Below are positions 37,013 to 49,800 of a stretch of 64,000 bases of DNA, one piece after another. The position numbers were made by a program, and so were the translations under genes. The DNA comes from Mobula hypostoma (lineage: Eukaryota). Position 1 is the stretch's first letter; each line of letters opens with the position of its first letter. The stretch covers positions 251,288,001 through 251,352,000 of the forward strand of contig NC_086097.1 in NCBI RefSeq assembly GCF_963921235.1, written 5' to 3'. The notes below the pieces were generated by a model that saw only the letters and a list, made by a program, of their open reading frames with translations, did not search any database and had not been told where the DNA came from.

Positions 37013-39585
37013 AGACCATAAGACATAAGAGCAGAATTAGGCCATTTGACCCATCGAGTCTGCTCCCCCATTCAATCATGGCTGATCTTTTTTCCCCCTC
37101 CTCAGCCCCACTCCCCAGACTTCTCCCTGTAACCTTTGATGCCAAGTCCAATCAGGAACCTATCAATCTCTGCCTTAAGTACACCCAAGGACCTGGCTGC
37201 CACCACTGCCTGTGGTAATAACTTCCACAAATTCACCACCCTCTGGCTAAAGAAATTTCTCCGCACCTGTTTTAAATGGACATCCCTCTATCCTGAGGCT
37301 GTGCCCTCTTGCCCTAGACTCCCCCACCATGGGAAACAACCTTTCCACATCTCCTCTGTCTAAGCCTTTCAACATTCAAAAGTTTTCAATGAGATCCTCC
37401 CTAATCCTTCAAAATTCCAGCAAGTACAGACCCAGAGCTATCAAATGTTCCTCATATGATAACCCTTTCATTCCTGGAATCATCCTTGTGAACTTCCTCT
37501 GAAACCTCTCCAATACCAGCACATTGTCTCTTAGATAAGGAGCCCAAAATTGTTCAGAATACTCAAGGTGAGGCCTCACAAGAGCCTTAAAAAGCTTCAG
37601 TATCACACCCCTGCTCTTGTATTCTAGATCTCTTGAAATGAATGCTAACATTGCATTTGCCTTCCTCACCACTGACTCAACCTGAAAGCAAACCGTTAGG
37701 ATGTTCTGCACAAGGACTCTCAAGTCCCTTTGCATCTTCGATTTCAGCATTTTCCAACACAATATTTCATTAGCCACTCTCTTGCCCATTCCCCTAATCT
37801 GTCTAAGTCCTTCTACAGCCTACCTGTTTCCTCAACACTACCTGCCCCTCCACTAATCTCTGTATCATCTGTAAACTTGGCAACAAAGCCATCTATTCCA
37901 TCATCTAAATCACTGACGTACAGCATAAAAAGAAGTAGTTCCAACACAGCCCCCTGTGGAATACCACTAGTCACTGGCAGCCAACCAGAAAAGAACATTT
38001 TATTCCCACTCACTGTCTCCTACCAATCAGCCAATGCTCTAACCATGTTTGTAACTTTCCTGTAATATCATAGGCTCTCAACTTGGTAAGCAGCCTCATG
38101 TGTGGCACCTTATCAAAGACATTATGAAACTCCAAATATACAACCCCCACTGCATCCCATTTATCTATCCTATATGTAATCTCCTTAAAGAATTCCAACA
38201 GAATTCCAAGATTTTCCCTTAAGAAAACCATGCTGACATTGTCCTATCTAGTCTTGTGTCACCAAGTACTCCATAACCTCATCCTTAACAATTAACTCTA
38301 ACACCTTCCCAACCACAGAGGTCAGGCTAACTGGTCTATAATTTCCTTTCTGCTACCCTCCTCCTTTCTTAAAGAGTGGAGTGCCATTTGCAATTTTCCA
38401 GTCCTCTGACACCATGATTCCAATGATTTTTGAAAGATCATTACTAATGCCTCCACAATCTCCACTGCTATCTCTTTCAGAACCCTAGGGTGCAGTTCAT
38501 CTGGCCCAGGTGACTTATGTACCCTTAGGTCTTTCAGCTTTTTGAGCACCTTCTCCCTTGTAATAGTAACTGCACTCACTTCTCTTCCCTCATACCCTTC
38601 AAGATCAGGCACACTGCTAGTGTCTTGCACGGTGAAGACTGATGCAAAATATTCATTTAGTTCATCTGTCATCTCCTTGTCCCCTGTATTATTTCTTCTG
38701 CCTCATTTTCCAGTGGTCCTTTATCCACTCTCATCTGTCTTTTGCTATTTATGTACTTGAAAAAGCCTTTACTATCTACTTTGATATTCTTTGCTTGATA
38801 TTTCTTCTTTTCCCCCTTAATGATTCTTTTAGTTGATCTCTGTAGTGTTTTAGGAGCATCCCAATCCTCTGTCTTCCCACTATTTTTTTCTTTGTTATAT
38901 GCTGTCTCTTTTGTTTTTACATTAGCATTGACTTCCTAGTCAGCCACAGTTGTACTATTTTGCCATTTGATTATTTCTTTGTTTTTGGAATATATCTATC
39001 CTTCACCTTCCTCATTTTTCCCAGAAACTCACACCATTGTTGCTCTGCTATCATCCCTGCCAGCATCTCCTTCCAATTTACTTTGGCTAACTCCTCTCTC
39101 ATACCACTGTAATTTCCTTTACTCCACTGAAATACTGCTATGTCAGACTTGACTTTCTCCCTATCAAATTTCAAGTTGAACTCAATCATATTGTGATCAC
39201 TGCCTCCTAAGAGTTCTTTTACCTTAAGCTCCCTAATCACCTCCAGTTCATTACATAACATTCAATTCAGTATAGCTGATCCCCTACTAGGCTCAACGAC
39301 AAACTGCTCTAAAAAGCCATCTCATAGGCATCGAATAAACTCACACTCTTGAGATCCAATACCAACCTGATTTTCCCAATCGACCTGTATGTTGAAATCT
39401 TCCATGACTATCATATTGCTCTTTTGACCTGCCTTTTCTATTTCCCATTGTAATCTGTGGTCCACATCCCAGCTATTGTTGGAAGGCCTGTATATAACTG
39501 CCATCAGGGTCCTTTTACTCTTGCAGTTTCTTAACTCAACCTACTAAGATTCAACATCTTCTGGTCCTATGTCACATGTTTCTGC
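37013..39585 (-). mobile_element. CR1 filling most of ESRP1 intron 3
   Basis: Minus-strand endonuclease and RT fragments (AVIYRP, SDHNMIEF, KSPGPDELHPRVLKE, FTDDT). Confidence 0.9.
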
Positions 39586-39718
39586 CATGTTCTAAGTTCG
39601 ATCAAGAAAAGCAGCCAACTGTTGTTTCTCACTTTTGCACCAACATTAAGGGTAATCTGAAAAATCACAGTCCTGATTAACTTTTGAGATATAAACATGC
39701 TTTTCATTTCTCCGACAG

Positions 39719-39833
39719 AATATTACGTTGCCAGAGTGCTTCTATTCCTTTTTTGATCTGCAAAAAGAATTCAGGAAATGCTGCCCAGATGCTCTGAACC
39801 TTCATGAAATTGATCTCAACGTTATGTCAAATT
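39719..39833 (+). CDS. ESRP1: ESRP1 coding exon 4 (115 nt)
   Basis: tccgacag|AAT; NITLPECFYSFFDLQKEFRKCCPDALNLHEIDLNVMSN + 1 nt; ends at the U12 donor GTATCCTTT. Confidence 0.95.
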
Positions 39834-41340
39834 GTATCCTTTACAATGTTTTCTTTTCCCCCTTTGCGAAGGGGGAAGGCCATGGTTTTGTTTCAGTAAG
39901 TAGAGTATCTCCAGTGTTTGTGGTTTAAAGTTACCCCTCGAGACCAAAATAATTCCAGGCTAATAATGCAACACCAGTCAATAGGGAGGTTTCTGAAGGT
40001 TGTTATAGGTGGGGGTGTAATGGGGTTAAGCTCCCGCTACCTATTAAATGCTCCCAATGACGTGTGTCTCAAGTAGCCTCTGACAACCAAGTCCAGCCCC
40101 TGGCCTTCACATGTGGCTTAGCTACTAAGCCCAGCAGAACTGCTTCTACTGACAGGAGAAGGAGCAAAGTTCGGTTACTGGCACCTTAAAATCAGACACT
40201 TTGAGCAGATTGGTCTCGTCAGCCTTGGTTGGAACATCAATTAGGAGAAGAAAACTCTGACCTCAAACCTCCTCTGCCTTGCAATATACCCATTCATAGA
40301 GGAGGGTTCAGAAGTAAACCCGAAGAAAAATCTTGAGGTGGAATCCCCAAGACAGTCCCATGTTGAGTTCAACATTGACTGTCAACTCCTGTGACGTTGG
40401 TGCTGAACTGTATCAGTCTCTGGCATTTATTTGGCTATATCATCTGTGTGGAGAGGGGGAGCCTGCTGCATAGGCAACGGGCTTGCTCTCCATATTGTAC
40501 TGCCCTGGCTTGCATATTGACTGATGGTGACAATGTAGCCAGCTAGGACGACCAATGGAAGGAGTCTTGAAGTCAATAGGGGACAGGGTATGTGATTGTT
40601 GTCAATCAGGGGTTGCTGCAATGCAGTAGAATTGGGCATGTATTATTGAAGGTCACATGCTGCAACCGGGAGTCACTAAGGGACGCGGGACGTCACAGGG
40701 CATCACTGAAGGACACTCTGCGTTAAGGTGAATGTTTATTTTTTGCTTACAAGCAAATAATGACCTGAAACAAACTTTGTGACCATACATCACCTGACTG
40801 AACAAATTTTTCTTGCTCCTTCTCCCATAAACACAGTGAAACCAAATCAGACGTACCTTATCTTCATTCTAAATTTATACCACTATGCAAATGTTTGAAC
40901 TACTGTTTTGCTTGAAGGCAAAATTCACTGAATATTAAATATTCTATATATAATGAGTATTCAGTGAAGGGCACACCACTGGGTTCAGGAAATGTTATTA
41001 CCCTGCAACCATCAGGCTCCTGAACCAGCATGGATAACTTCACTCACCTCAACACTGAAACGGTTCCACAACCTACACACTCACGTCCAAGAACTCTACA
41101 ACCCATGTTCTTAGTGTTATTAATCTCTATTTGATCTCTGGTTTTAGACTCCCTCGCTATAGGAAGCATCCTCCCTACATCCACTCTATCTAGGCCTTTC
41201 ACTATTCGATAGGTTTCAATGAGGTTTCATCTCCCCCCTCATTTTTCTAATCTGCAGTGAGTACAGACCCAGAGCTATCAAACACTCCACATACTTACAT
41301 TCTCAGAATCATTCTCGTCTTACCTGCCTGTCCTAATGCT

Positions 41341-42590
41341 GCATAAGTTCTTCTCAGGTTTCCAGTCAGGTCAAGGTGTCAATTTTAGCCAACGTTTTGA
41401 TGACAAACTCTGCCATCTTCATCAGGGATGATGCCTAGGCATGTCTAGTCTGGTGGTATATATATTCAACTCCCGTCATTTGTCCCTCCTGATTGGTTAG
41501 ATCTCAACCAATCAGGTTTCCGCTTATTTAAAATCTTATGCCAGTTCTTTCTTACAGCAAGACTTCATCTTTATTTTCTTCTTCTTTAGTCTTATTTCAA
41601 TGGCTTCCTTTACCAGGCGATCCCAAAGCCCCTTGGCTACTGTGCTGATCCCTCTGTTGGGGACTGTGAGCATCACACTTGGCTGACTTTGTGAAAACAA
41701 TAGCCAACATCCAGCTGACCCTGGAGGATGTCAGTTTTGTCGTGGTGTCCTTGTTCACGAGAGTTCCCATTAAGGACGCTTTGGTCTTCCTGTGGTCAAG
41801 GTTTGATAAGGATACCATTGACCTTCTTGAACACACGCTTACATCAACGTACTTCCTCTCAAAGGGGGACTACTATGAACAAACGAGTGGCGTGGCCATG
41901 GGGTCACCCTTGTTGCTGGCTATTGCTAACTTCTACATGGTGGACTTTGAGGAGAGGGCGCTAAGTTCATCACCCTTACACCCCAAATGCTTCTTCAGAT
42001 ATCTGTGACACCTTTGGTGTGTGGCCACATGGACTCCAGGCACTCCAACAGTTCCATGACCATCTGAAGTTCAAATCCCAGCTATGTGGCTCAAAGATGA
42101 CCAGGGACTCAGGACGATTGCCGTTTACAGGAGTCCCTGTGAATGCAGAGCAACGTATATCGGACAGACGGGGCGCATGATGGAAACCTGCATCAAGGAG
42201 AGTAGGTGGTGTATTCGCTTGTAGCAGAATATTCCTTCCACAGTGACCACAGGATTGACTTTGACGGCACAGACCTACTGTGCTGTTCCAATGGCTTTTG
42301 AGATCACCTGGTGAAGGAAGTCATTGAAATAAGACCAGAGAATAAGAATCTCAACAAAGTCGAAGGTCTCGCTTTAAGTAAGAACTGGAAAATGATTTTA
42401 AATAAGGTGGAACAGCAGAGACCTGATTGGTTGAGGACTAACCAATCACGAGGGCCAGGCATCATCCCTGAGGAAGATGGCAGAGTTTGTCATTGAAACA
42501 TCGGTTAAAATCGACACCTGGACCCGGCTGGAAGCCCAAGACGAGTTTATGCGTTATATGCACCAGGAAAATACTAGATCCTTTTTCTGC
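41341..42590 (+). mobile_element. Second Penelope family, internally deleted, with an inverted 5' pLTR
   Basis: SF.VVSLFTRVP, YYEQTSGVAMGSPL, FFRY and VYR.PC.C...YIGQTGR motifs; 41341-41570 is the reverse complement of about 42360-42590. Confidence 0.85.
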
Positions 42591-43009
42591 TCACAATACT
42601 GACAGTGGGGTTGAGAGGGAAAAATAGATCAGCCTGATAGAATGGCGGAGCAGACACAATGGGCTGAATGGCCTGATTGTGCTCCAGGTGGTCTTATGAT
42701 ATATCTCTGAAGTAAAAGTTCAAAAGAGAAAAACATTTTCTTAGTTGGAGCAGATTGTAACCAAGTAGTTTTTGGATTACTTAGTAAGACATTAACTGCT
42801 TTATGAGCATGGAAAAATAGGTAAAAGTTAATGGGGTAATTTAGAACTCTTAGAGGAGCTTTGCTTGTTTGTAAGTGAATGATTAAGTCTTGCAGGTTGC
42901 AGTGATGATCAATATACTTATCAACCATAAACAAGGGGCGGGGGTTGGGGTTAGCAGAGCAACTGAAGGTACATCAATTACTGGCTAAAGACTTTTTTAA
43001 GAGAATTCA

Positions 43010-43965
43010 TGTTCTGTCTCGGTAGCCTCCAACCTGATGGCATGAACATTGATTTTTTTTTCAGCTTCCAGTAATTTTCCCCTTGCCCAACCATCTTCTT
43101 AAATTTCCCCACTCAGGTCTCTTCCCTCTTCTCCTAACCTGCATATTACCACCACCTCCATCCCCCAGTGCCCCATCTCCTTCCCTTTCTCCCATGATCC
43201 ATGCTGCTCTCCTATCAGATTCCTCCTTCTCCAGCTCTTTGCCCTTTCCACCTATCACCTCCCAGTTTCTCACTTCATCCCCTCCCTCATCCACCTGGCT
43301 CCACCTATCACCTCCCAGCTTCTCACTTCATCCCCCTCCCTCATCCACCTGGCTCCACCTATCACCTCCCAGCTTCATTCCCCTCCCTCATCCACCTGGC
43401 TCCACCTATCACCTCCCAGTTTCTCACTTCATCCCCTCCCTCATCCACCTGGCTCCACCTATCACCTCCCAGCTTCTCACTTCATCCCCTCCCTCATCCA
43501 CCTGGCTCCACCTATCACCTCCCAGCTTCTCACTTCATCCCCTCCCTCATCCACCTGGCTCCACCTATCACCTCCCAGCTTCATCCCCCTCCCTCATCCA
43601 CCTGGCTCCACCTATCACCTCCCAGCTTCTCACTTCATCCCCCTCCCTCAACCACCTGGCTCCACCTATCACCTCCCAGCTTCTCACTTCATCCCCCTCC
43701 CTCATCCACCTGGCTCCACCTATCACCTCCCAGTTTCTCACTTCATCCCCTCCCTCATCCACCTGGCTCCACCTATCACCTCCCAGCTTGCACTCTTCCT
43801 TATTACTCTCATTTCATCTCCCTCCCTTCCCAGTCCCGATGAAGGGTCTCGGCCCAGAACATCAACTGTTTATTCCTCTCCATAGATACTGCCTGACCTG
43901 CTGAGTTCCTCCAGCATTTTGCGTGTGTTAATCTGGATGCCAGCATCTGCAGAATGCCCTGTGTT
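43010..43965 (+). mobile_element. Penelope 3' end/pLTR carrying a minisatellite expansion
   Basis: ggtagcctccaacctgatggcatgaacattga matches 15650-15680; pLTR at about 43830-43965. Confidence 0.8.
43248..43788 (+). repeat. ~53-bp minisatellite, about 10 copies
   Basis: Unit ccacctatcacctcccagcttctcacttcatcccctccctcatccacctggct; two shorter variants lack tctcact. Confidence 0.95.
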
Positions 43966-46111
43966 TAAGAGAACATATTCATCAGTGCTGAGCCAAGATC
44001 TAAAGAAATAACTTTTAATAAAAAATCTCAAGATGCTTCACAGTATTATTGACACAAGGAATTACTTGAGCAAGTGCACAAGCAGAGTGCTGGAGAAAAG
44101 TTTAGACTTATTTGGTGAAGCAGTTAAAATCTGAGGCTTTTAAACATCATGAATTAAGCATGACCATGAGTTTAGGAAGTTGAAGTTGGAGTTCAGGTTT
44201 AGTTATCATTCGACCATAAATGGATACAGCCAAACGATACAGCGTTCCTCTGAGGCCAAGGTGCAAAACACATTACGAGCAGCACACAGCGCACTGCACA
44301 TAACACAAATACCACATATGGGTACAATAGCAGAACACACAGAGTCAGAAAGAAAAAATATATAGCGAGTCTCTAACTGGCATGACTGTAGTTGTTCTGG
44401 TCCAGTTTGTTCTTCCACCAAGTGAACAGCGGAGGGGCCAGCTCCCAACCCGGCACCGATTTCTGCGTGCCCACAGAGGCCTCTCCACACCCCCTTGGTG
44501 CCTCCTTCCCGACAGGTGACTGGAAGACTAGGAATGGTTGGGACTTTGAATTTGGAAATCAAGATCCCAGCTCTGTAAATGAGGGCAACAGGTAACCAAA
44601 GGCAGAAAAAGTTTTTACCTAATTTGGTGTACCATTGTTTAGTGAGTGCAGTTCAAAGTATGTATCCAGCGTGTTACTATGTATGACCTTGAGCTCCAAT
44701 TACTCGTGGGCATTCACTGTAGATGCTAAGGAACACAATGGAATTAATGGAAAACTAACTCATACAGCCAATGTGCAAGAGAAGACAAGCTGCACTGATT
44801 GCTGACCATGCAACCTCAGTGCAAGCCACCGCAAGAAAACTGCAGACTCTGGCACAAACTTGCGTTCTCCATCGAGGTCTCAGTTCAGATTTAGTTGTTT
44901 CGTTCTTTTTTTTAGGTTCGTAGGGATGGTTTTGGGGACAAAGAGGGGAGTCAGGGATCAGATAAGAGCTTAGGGACTGGGATATGTGGGGAATTAGCAG
45001 TCAGGTCGGAGTCCAAGCCTCTGTTCCGGATCGGATTCTAAGTTTAAGCTTCTGTATTGGATGTTGGGCTGACAGATCAGTGCGAACGAGGGCTGGTGCC
45101 TTCACCCCCCACCGGGTTGTGGCGTTGTCGGTGAATTCTGGAGTCAGATCTGGTGACCCATTGGACTGACGATTCAGTGACACCGATGTTTGAGACCTGG
45201 TGGTCGGGGTCCCGCGTTCAGTAATTGAGGCCTAGCATTTGGTGATCGACGCCCGAGGGTAGGATTGGAAGTCGAGGCCTATTGGCTGAAGCCTGAGTCT
45301 GTGAATCTCTGCGAGTCCTCTGGGGATGTCTTGGTCCAGTATCTGAGGATCAGAGTCCGATGCTGATGACGGGGTGAAGTTCTGTGTGTGTAGGAACAGG
45401 ACTTGTTTTGCTGTTGCCACTTTCTTACTTGTTGTTTTGTGGTGTTCTGCCAAGCCTGGTGGGGATGCTCTGCTGACACCATGACAACCCCAGCACAGCT
45501 TCGGGTGTGTAGGCTGTTAATACAAACAACGCTTTTCATTGTATGTTTCAATATACACGTCATAACATAAATTCGGGTGTGCAGGCTGCTAATGCAAACA
45601 ATGCTTTGTATGTTTTGATGTACAGGTGATAGTATACATTTGAATGATAGAAGTACCCAATTCCTTCTACCATCCAGTTCGTATGACGTGGGTGATCACG
45701 GTCTTTCCATGACCAAGATTGTTCTTGCAATTTTTTCTATAGAAGTGGTTTGTCATTGTCTTCTTCTGGGCAGTGTCTTTACAAGATGGGTGATCCCAGC
45801 CATTATCAATACTCTTCAGAGATTGTCTGCCTGGTGTCGGTGGTCACATAACCAGGACTTGTGATCTGCACCGGCTGCTCATACGACCATCCACCGCCTG
45901 CCCCCACGGCTTCATGTGACCCTGATCAGGGGAGGAGTGGGTTAAGCAGGTGCTACACTTGCTCAAGGAGGACCTGCAGGATGGCGGAGGGAAGGAGCAC
46001 TTTACACCTGCTTTGGTGGAGATATATCTCCATCCTGCCACCCCTTCCTTTGATAATTTTTAGTTCACTTGCATGAACTGGCTTATTTTTACCATGAATG
46101 GTCACTTCCTG

Positions 46112-46410
46112 TTAATTAATTAAGGCATCCGTTAGTCTTGCGAGACCATGGATCTGCGCCTGGAAAGTCTTCACTCTCCAGGGTGCAGGCCTGGGCAAGG
46201 TTGTATGGAAGTTGCCCATGCTGCAAGTCTCCCCTCTCCACGACACCAATGTTGTCCAAGGGAAGGGCATTAGGACCCACACAGCTTGGCAGAGCAATGT
46301 GTGATTAAGAGCCTTGCTCAAGGACACAACACACGTTGCCTTGGCTAGGGCTCGAACTCACGACCTTCAGGTTGCTAGTACCAATGCCTTAACCACTTGG
46401 CCACGTGTCC
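46112..46410 (-). mobile_element. tRNA-derived SINE (copy 1)
   Basis: Minus strand: A box TGGCCAAGTGG, B box GAGTTCGAGCC, gtgtccttgagcaagg core, (ttaa)n tail; paralog at 53778-54100. Confidence 0.85.
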
Positions 46411-46879
46411 ACACGTAATCTCTTCCTGTACACTGCAGGATAAACTGAAAGTCCTTTACTTCTTTGACTTGTTAGTACCTTTTCAAGTTCGAGGTTATTG
46501 TTATCTGACTGTACATATATACAGACAAATGAAACAATGTTCCTATGCATCACAGAGTACCCACAATACATAGATCTCACACAGCACATAAAACAAAATA
46601 TTATACTATAAATAAGTTAATGAATTATAATTCAGAATGGATGTGAGAAAGTGCAGCACAGATAAACAGCAGTTCACTGTCCTGGTGACAAGGCCTCAGT
46701 TGTGACAGGGCATTCATTAGCCTCACAGCCCAAGGAAAGAAGCTGTTACCCAGGCTGGGGCAGTCCGAGTCCTGATGCTCCTGAGCCTTGTTCCTGAAGG
46801 TAGTGGGTCCAAGAGGTTGTGGAGTGGGTGGGTGGGGATTCTCAACCATGCTTCGGGTCCTTCATCTGCAACACTCCCA

Positions 46880-49800
46880 GTAAACTTCTTCATGCCGTAT
46901 GTTGGAGTCCTGGATCTCCTAGGGAACTACAGCTGCATGAAGTGCATCTGGCTGCAAGAAGACTGTGTTCAGGATCTGGAGCAGAAGCTGGATGACCTTC
47001 GGCTTTTACGGGAGAGTGAGGAGATCAGAGTTACAGGGAAGTAGTCACCCTGAAGTTGCAGGGGGTGAGCAGCTGGGTGACTGTCAGGAGAAAAAAATAG
47101 GAAGGAGTATAGGCAGTGAGTGCAGAGCACCCCTGTGGTAATTCCCATCAATAATAACTACACCGTTTTGGACAATGCTGAGGGGAATGACCTCCCGGCA
47201 GAATGCCATGGAGACCAGGTTACTGGCACTGAGCGTGGGTCCATGGTGCAGAAGGGAAAGAGAGAGAAGAGGGGGGCGGTAGTCATAGGGGACTCAGGAG
47301 TGAGGGGAACAGCAGGACATTCTGTGGACGTGAACGGGACACCCGGATGGTATGTTGCCTCCCAGGTGCCAGGGTCAGGGACATCTCAGTTCAGGCCCAC
47401 AGCATTTTGGAGAGGGAGGGACAGCAGCCAGGTGTCTTGGTACATATTGGTGCCAGTGACATGGGAAGGAAAAGCAAAGAGATCTTTGAAGAGAGAATTT
47501 AGAGAGCCAGACGGAAAGCTGAGAAGCAGGAACCCCAGGATAGTCATTTCTGGATTGTTGCCTGTGCCACCCACGTGCCAGTGAGGGTAGAAACAGGGTG
47601 ATTTGGCAGATAAATGCATGGCTGAGAAGTTGGTGCAGGGGGCAGGGCTTCAGGTTCTTGGATCGATGAGATCTCCTCTGGGGGAAGTATGACCTGTGCA
47701 AAAGGGATGGGTTGCACCTGAATCTGAGGGGGACCAATGTTCTCGCAGGCCAAGGGGATAGGAACCAGAATGAAGGGACTCAGGAGAGGAACAACAAAGA
47801 TATTGTGCAGTCAGGCTGTCAGGAAGGGCAGGTAGATGACAGGACAGAATTGCAGCCAGCAGGGTGAGTATCAATGCATTAAGGATGCAGAATCAGAAAG
47901 GGTAGCACTCAATGTGTTATATCTCAATTCATGGAGTATAAGAAATAAAGTGGATGATCTTGTTGCAATATTACAGATTGCCAGGTATGATGTCGTGGCC
48001 ATCACTGAATCGTCCCTGAAGGATGGTTGTAGTTGGGAGCTGAATGTCCAAGGTTACACATTGTATCGGAGGGATAGGAAGGTAGGCAGAGGGGCTGGTG
48101 TGGCTCTACTGGTAAAGAATGGCATCAAATCAGTAGAAAGATGTGACATAGGATCAGAAGATGTTGAATCCTTGTTGGGTGAGTGAAAAAACTACAAGAG
48201 TAAATGGAATGACGTGGCAGTTATATACAGGCCTCCGAAGAGTTGCTGGGATGTGGACTACAGGTAACAATGGGAAGTAGAAAAGGTGAGTGAAAAGTGT
48301 AATGTTATGATAGTCAAGCGATTTAACATGAAGGTCGAATGGGAAAATCAGGTTGGCAATGGATCTCAAGAGCTCTTTAGAGTTGACGTGGTTAGACTTT
48401 TTCCATTGAGAGTAGGGGAAGATTCAAACAAGAGGACATGGGTTGAGAATTAGAGGACAAAAGTTTAGGGGTAACATGAGGGGGAACTTCTTTACTCGGA
48501 GAGTGGTGGCTGTGTGGAACGAGCTTCCAGCAGAAGTGGTTGAGGCAGGTTTGATGTTGTCATTTAAAGTTAAATTGGATAGGTATATGGACAGGAAAGG
48601 AATGGAGGGTTATGGGCTGAGTGTAGGTCGGTGGGACTAGGATAGGGTAAGAATTCGGCATGGACGAAGAGCTGAGATGGCCTGTTTCTGTGCTGTAATT
48701 GTTATATGGTTATATGGTTTAGAGCAGTTTGTTGTTGAACCTATTAGGGGATTGGGTGTTACATACTGAACCAAAGGTGATTAAGGAGCATAAGGTAAAG
48801 GAACCCTTAGGAGACAGTGATTAAATATGATTGAGTTTAACTTGAAATTTGATAGGGAGAAAGTCAAGTCTCACATAGAAGTATTTCTATATAAACTATG
48901 TAACAGTTTCTTCCCCAAAGCCATCAGACTCCTCAATACCCAGAGCCTGGACTGACACCAACCTACTGCCCTCTACTGTGCCTATTGTCTTGTTTATTAT
49001 TTATGGTAATGCCTGCTCTGTTTAGATTTTTAGATTAGATTATGAGGACACTCAGTCCTCGTTTATTGTCATTTAGAAATGCATGCATTAAAAAATGATA
49101 CAATGTTCCTCCAGAAAGATATCACAGAAACACAGGACAAACCAAGATTAAAACTGACAAAACCACATAATTATAACATATAGTTACAACAGTGCAAAGC
49201 AATGCCGTAATTTAATAAAGAGCAGACCATGGGCACATTAAAAAAAAGTCTCAAGTCCCGATAGCCCCATCATCTCACGCAGATGGTAGAAGGGAGAAGC
49301 TCTCCCTGCCATGAACCTCCAAGCGCCGCAAACTTGCTGATGCATTGGAAGCACCCGACCGCAGCCAACTCTGAGTCTGTCTGAAAACTTCGAGCCCCCG
49401 ATACCGAGCACCGAGCACCATCTCTGCCGAGCGCTTCAACCCCGCCCCGGCCGCCAAGCAACAAGCAAAGCCAAGGACGCAGGGCCTTCAGCAGCAGTGA
49501 AGCAGGCATTTCAGAAGTTTCTCCAGATGTTCCTCCGTACTCTCACGTCCGTCTCCATCAAATCAGGATTGTGCACGGCACCCTACTTGACAGATAACAA
49601 ATATCATTACCGGAGTGGCTGCTGCGAGCTGCGTCGCGCCTCCATCTTCTCCTCCCGCTTTGTCTTGTGCACTTTATGCAGTCCTGGGTAGGTCTGTAGT
49701 CTAGTGTAGTTTTTGTGTTGTTTTACGTAGTTCAGTGTAGTTTTTGTATTGTTTCATGTAGCACCCTGGTCCTGAAAAACGTTGTCTCATTTTTACTGTG

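Noticed and set aside
39728..39928. 66-aa ORF as a single coding unit
   Set aside because: Only 39719-39833 is exon; the rest is read-through into the U12 intron.
40010..40520. Novel ncRNA or enhancer
   Set aside because: Resembles RTE-family 5'UTR/SINE-like repeat text, as does 45670-46043; it cannot be classified or supported without a repeat search.
43083..43904. 273-aa and 213-aa Pro/Ser/His-rich ORFs
   Set aside because: Translation of a pyrimidine-rich 53-bp minisatellite inside a Penelope UTR; no splice or homology support.
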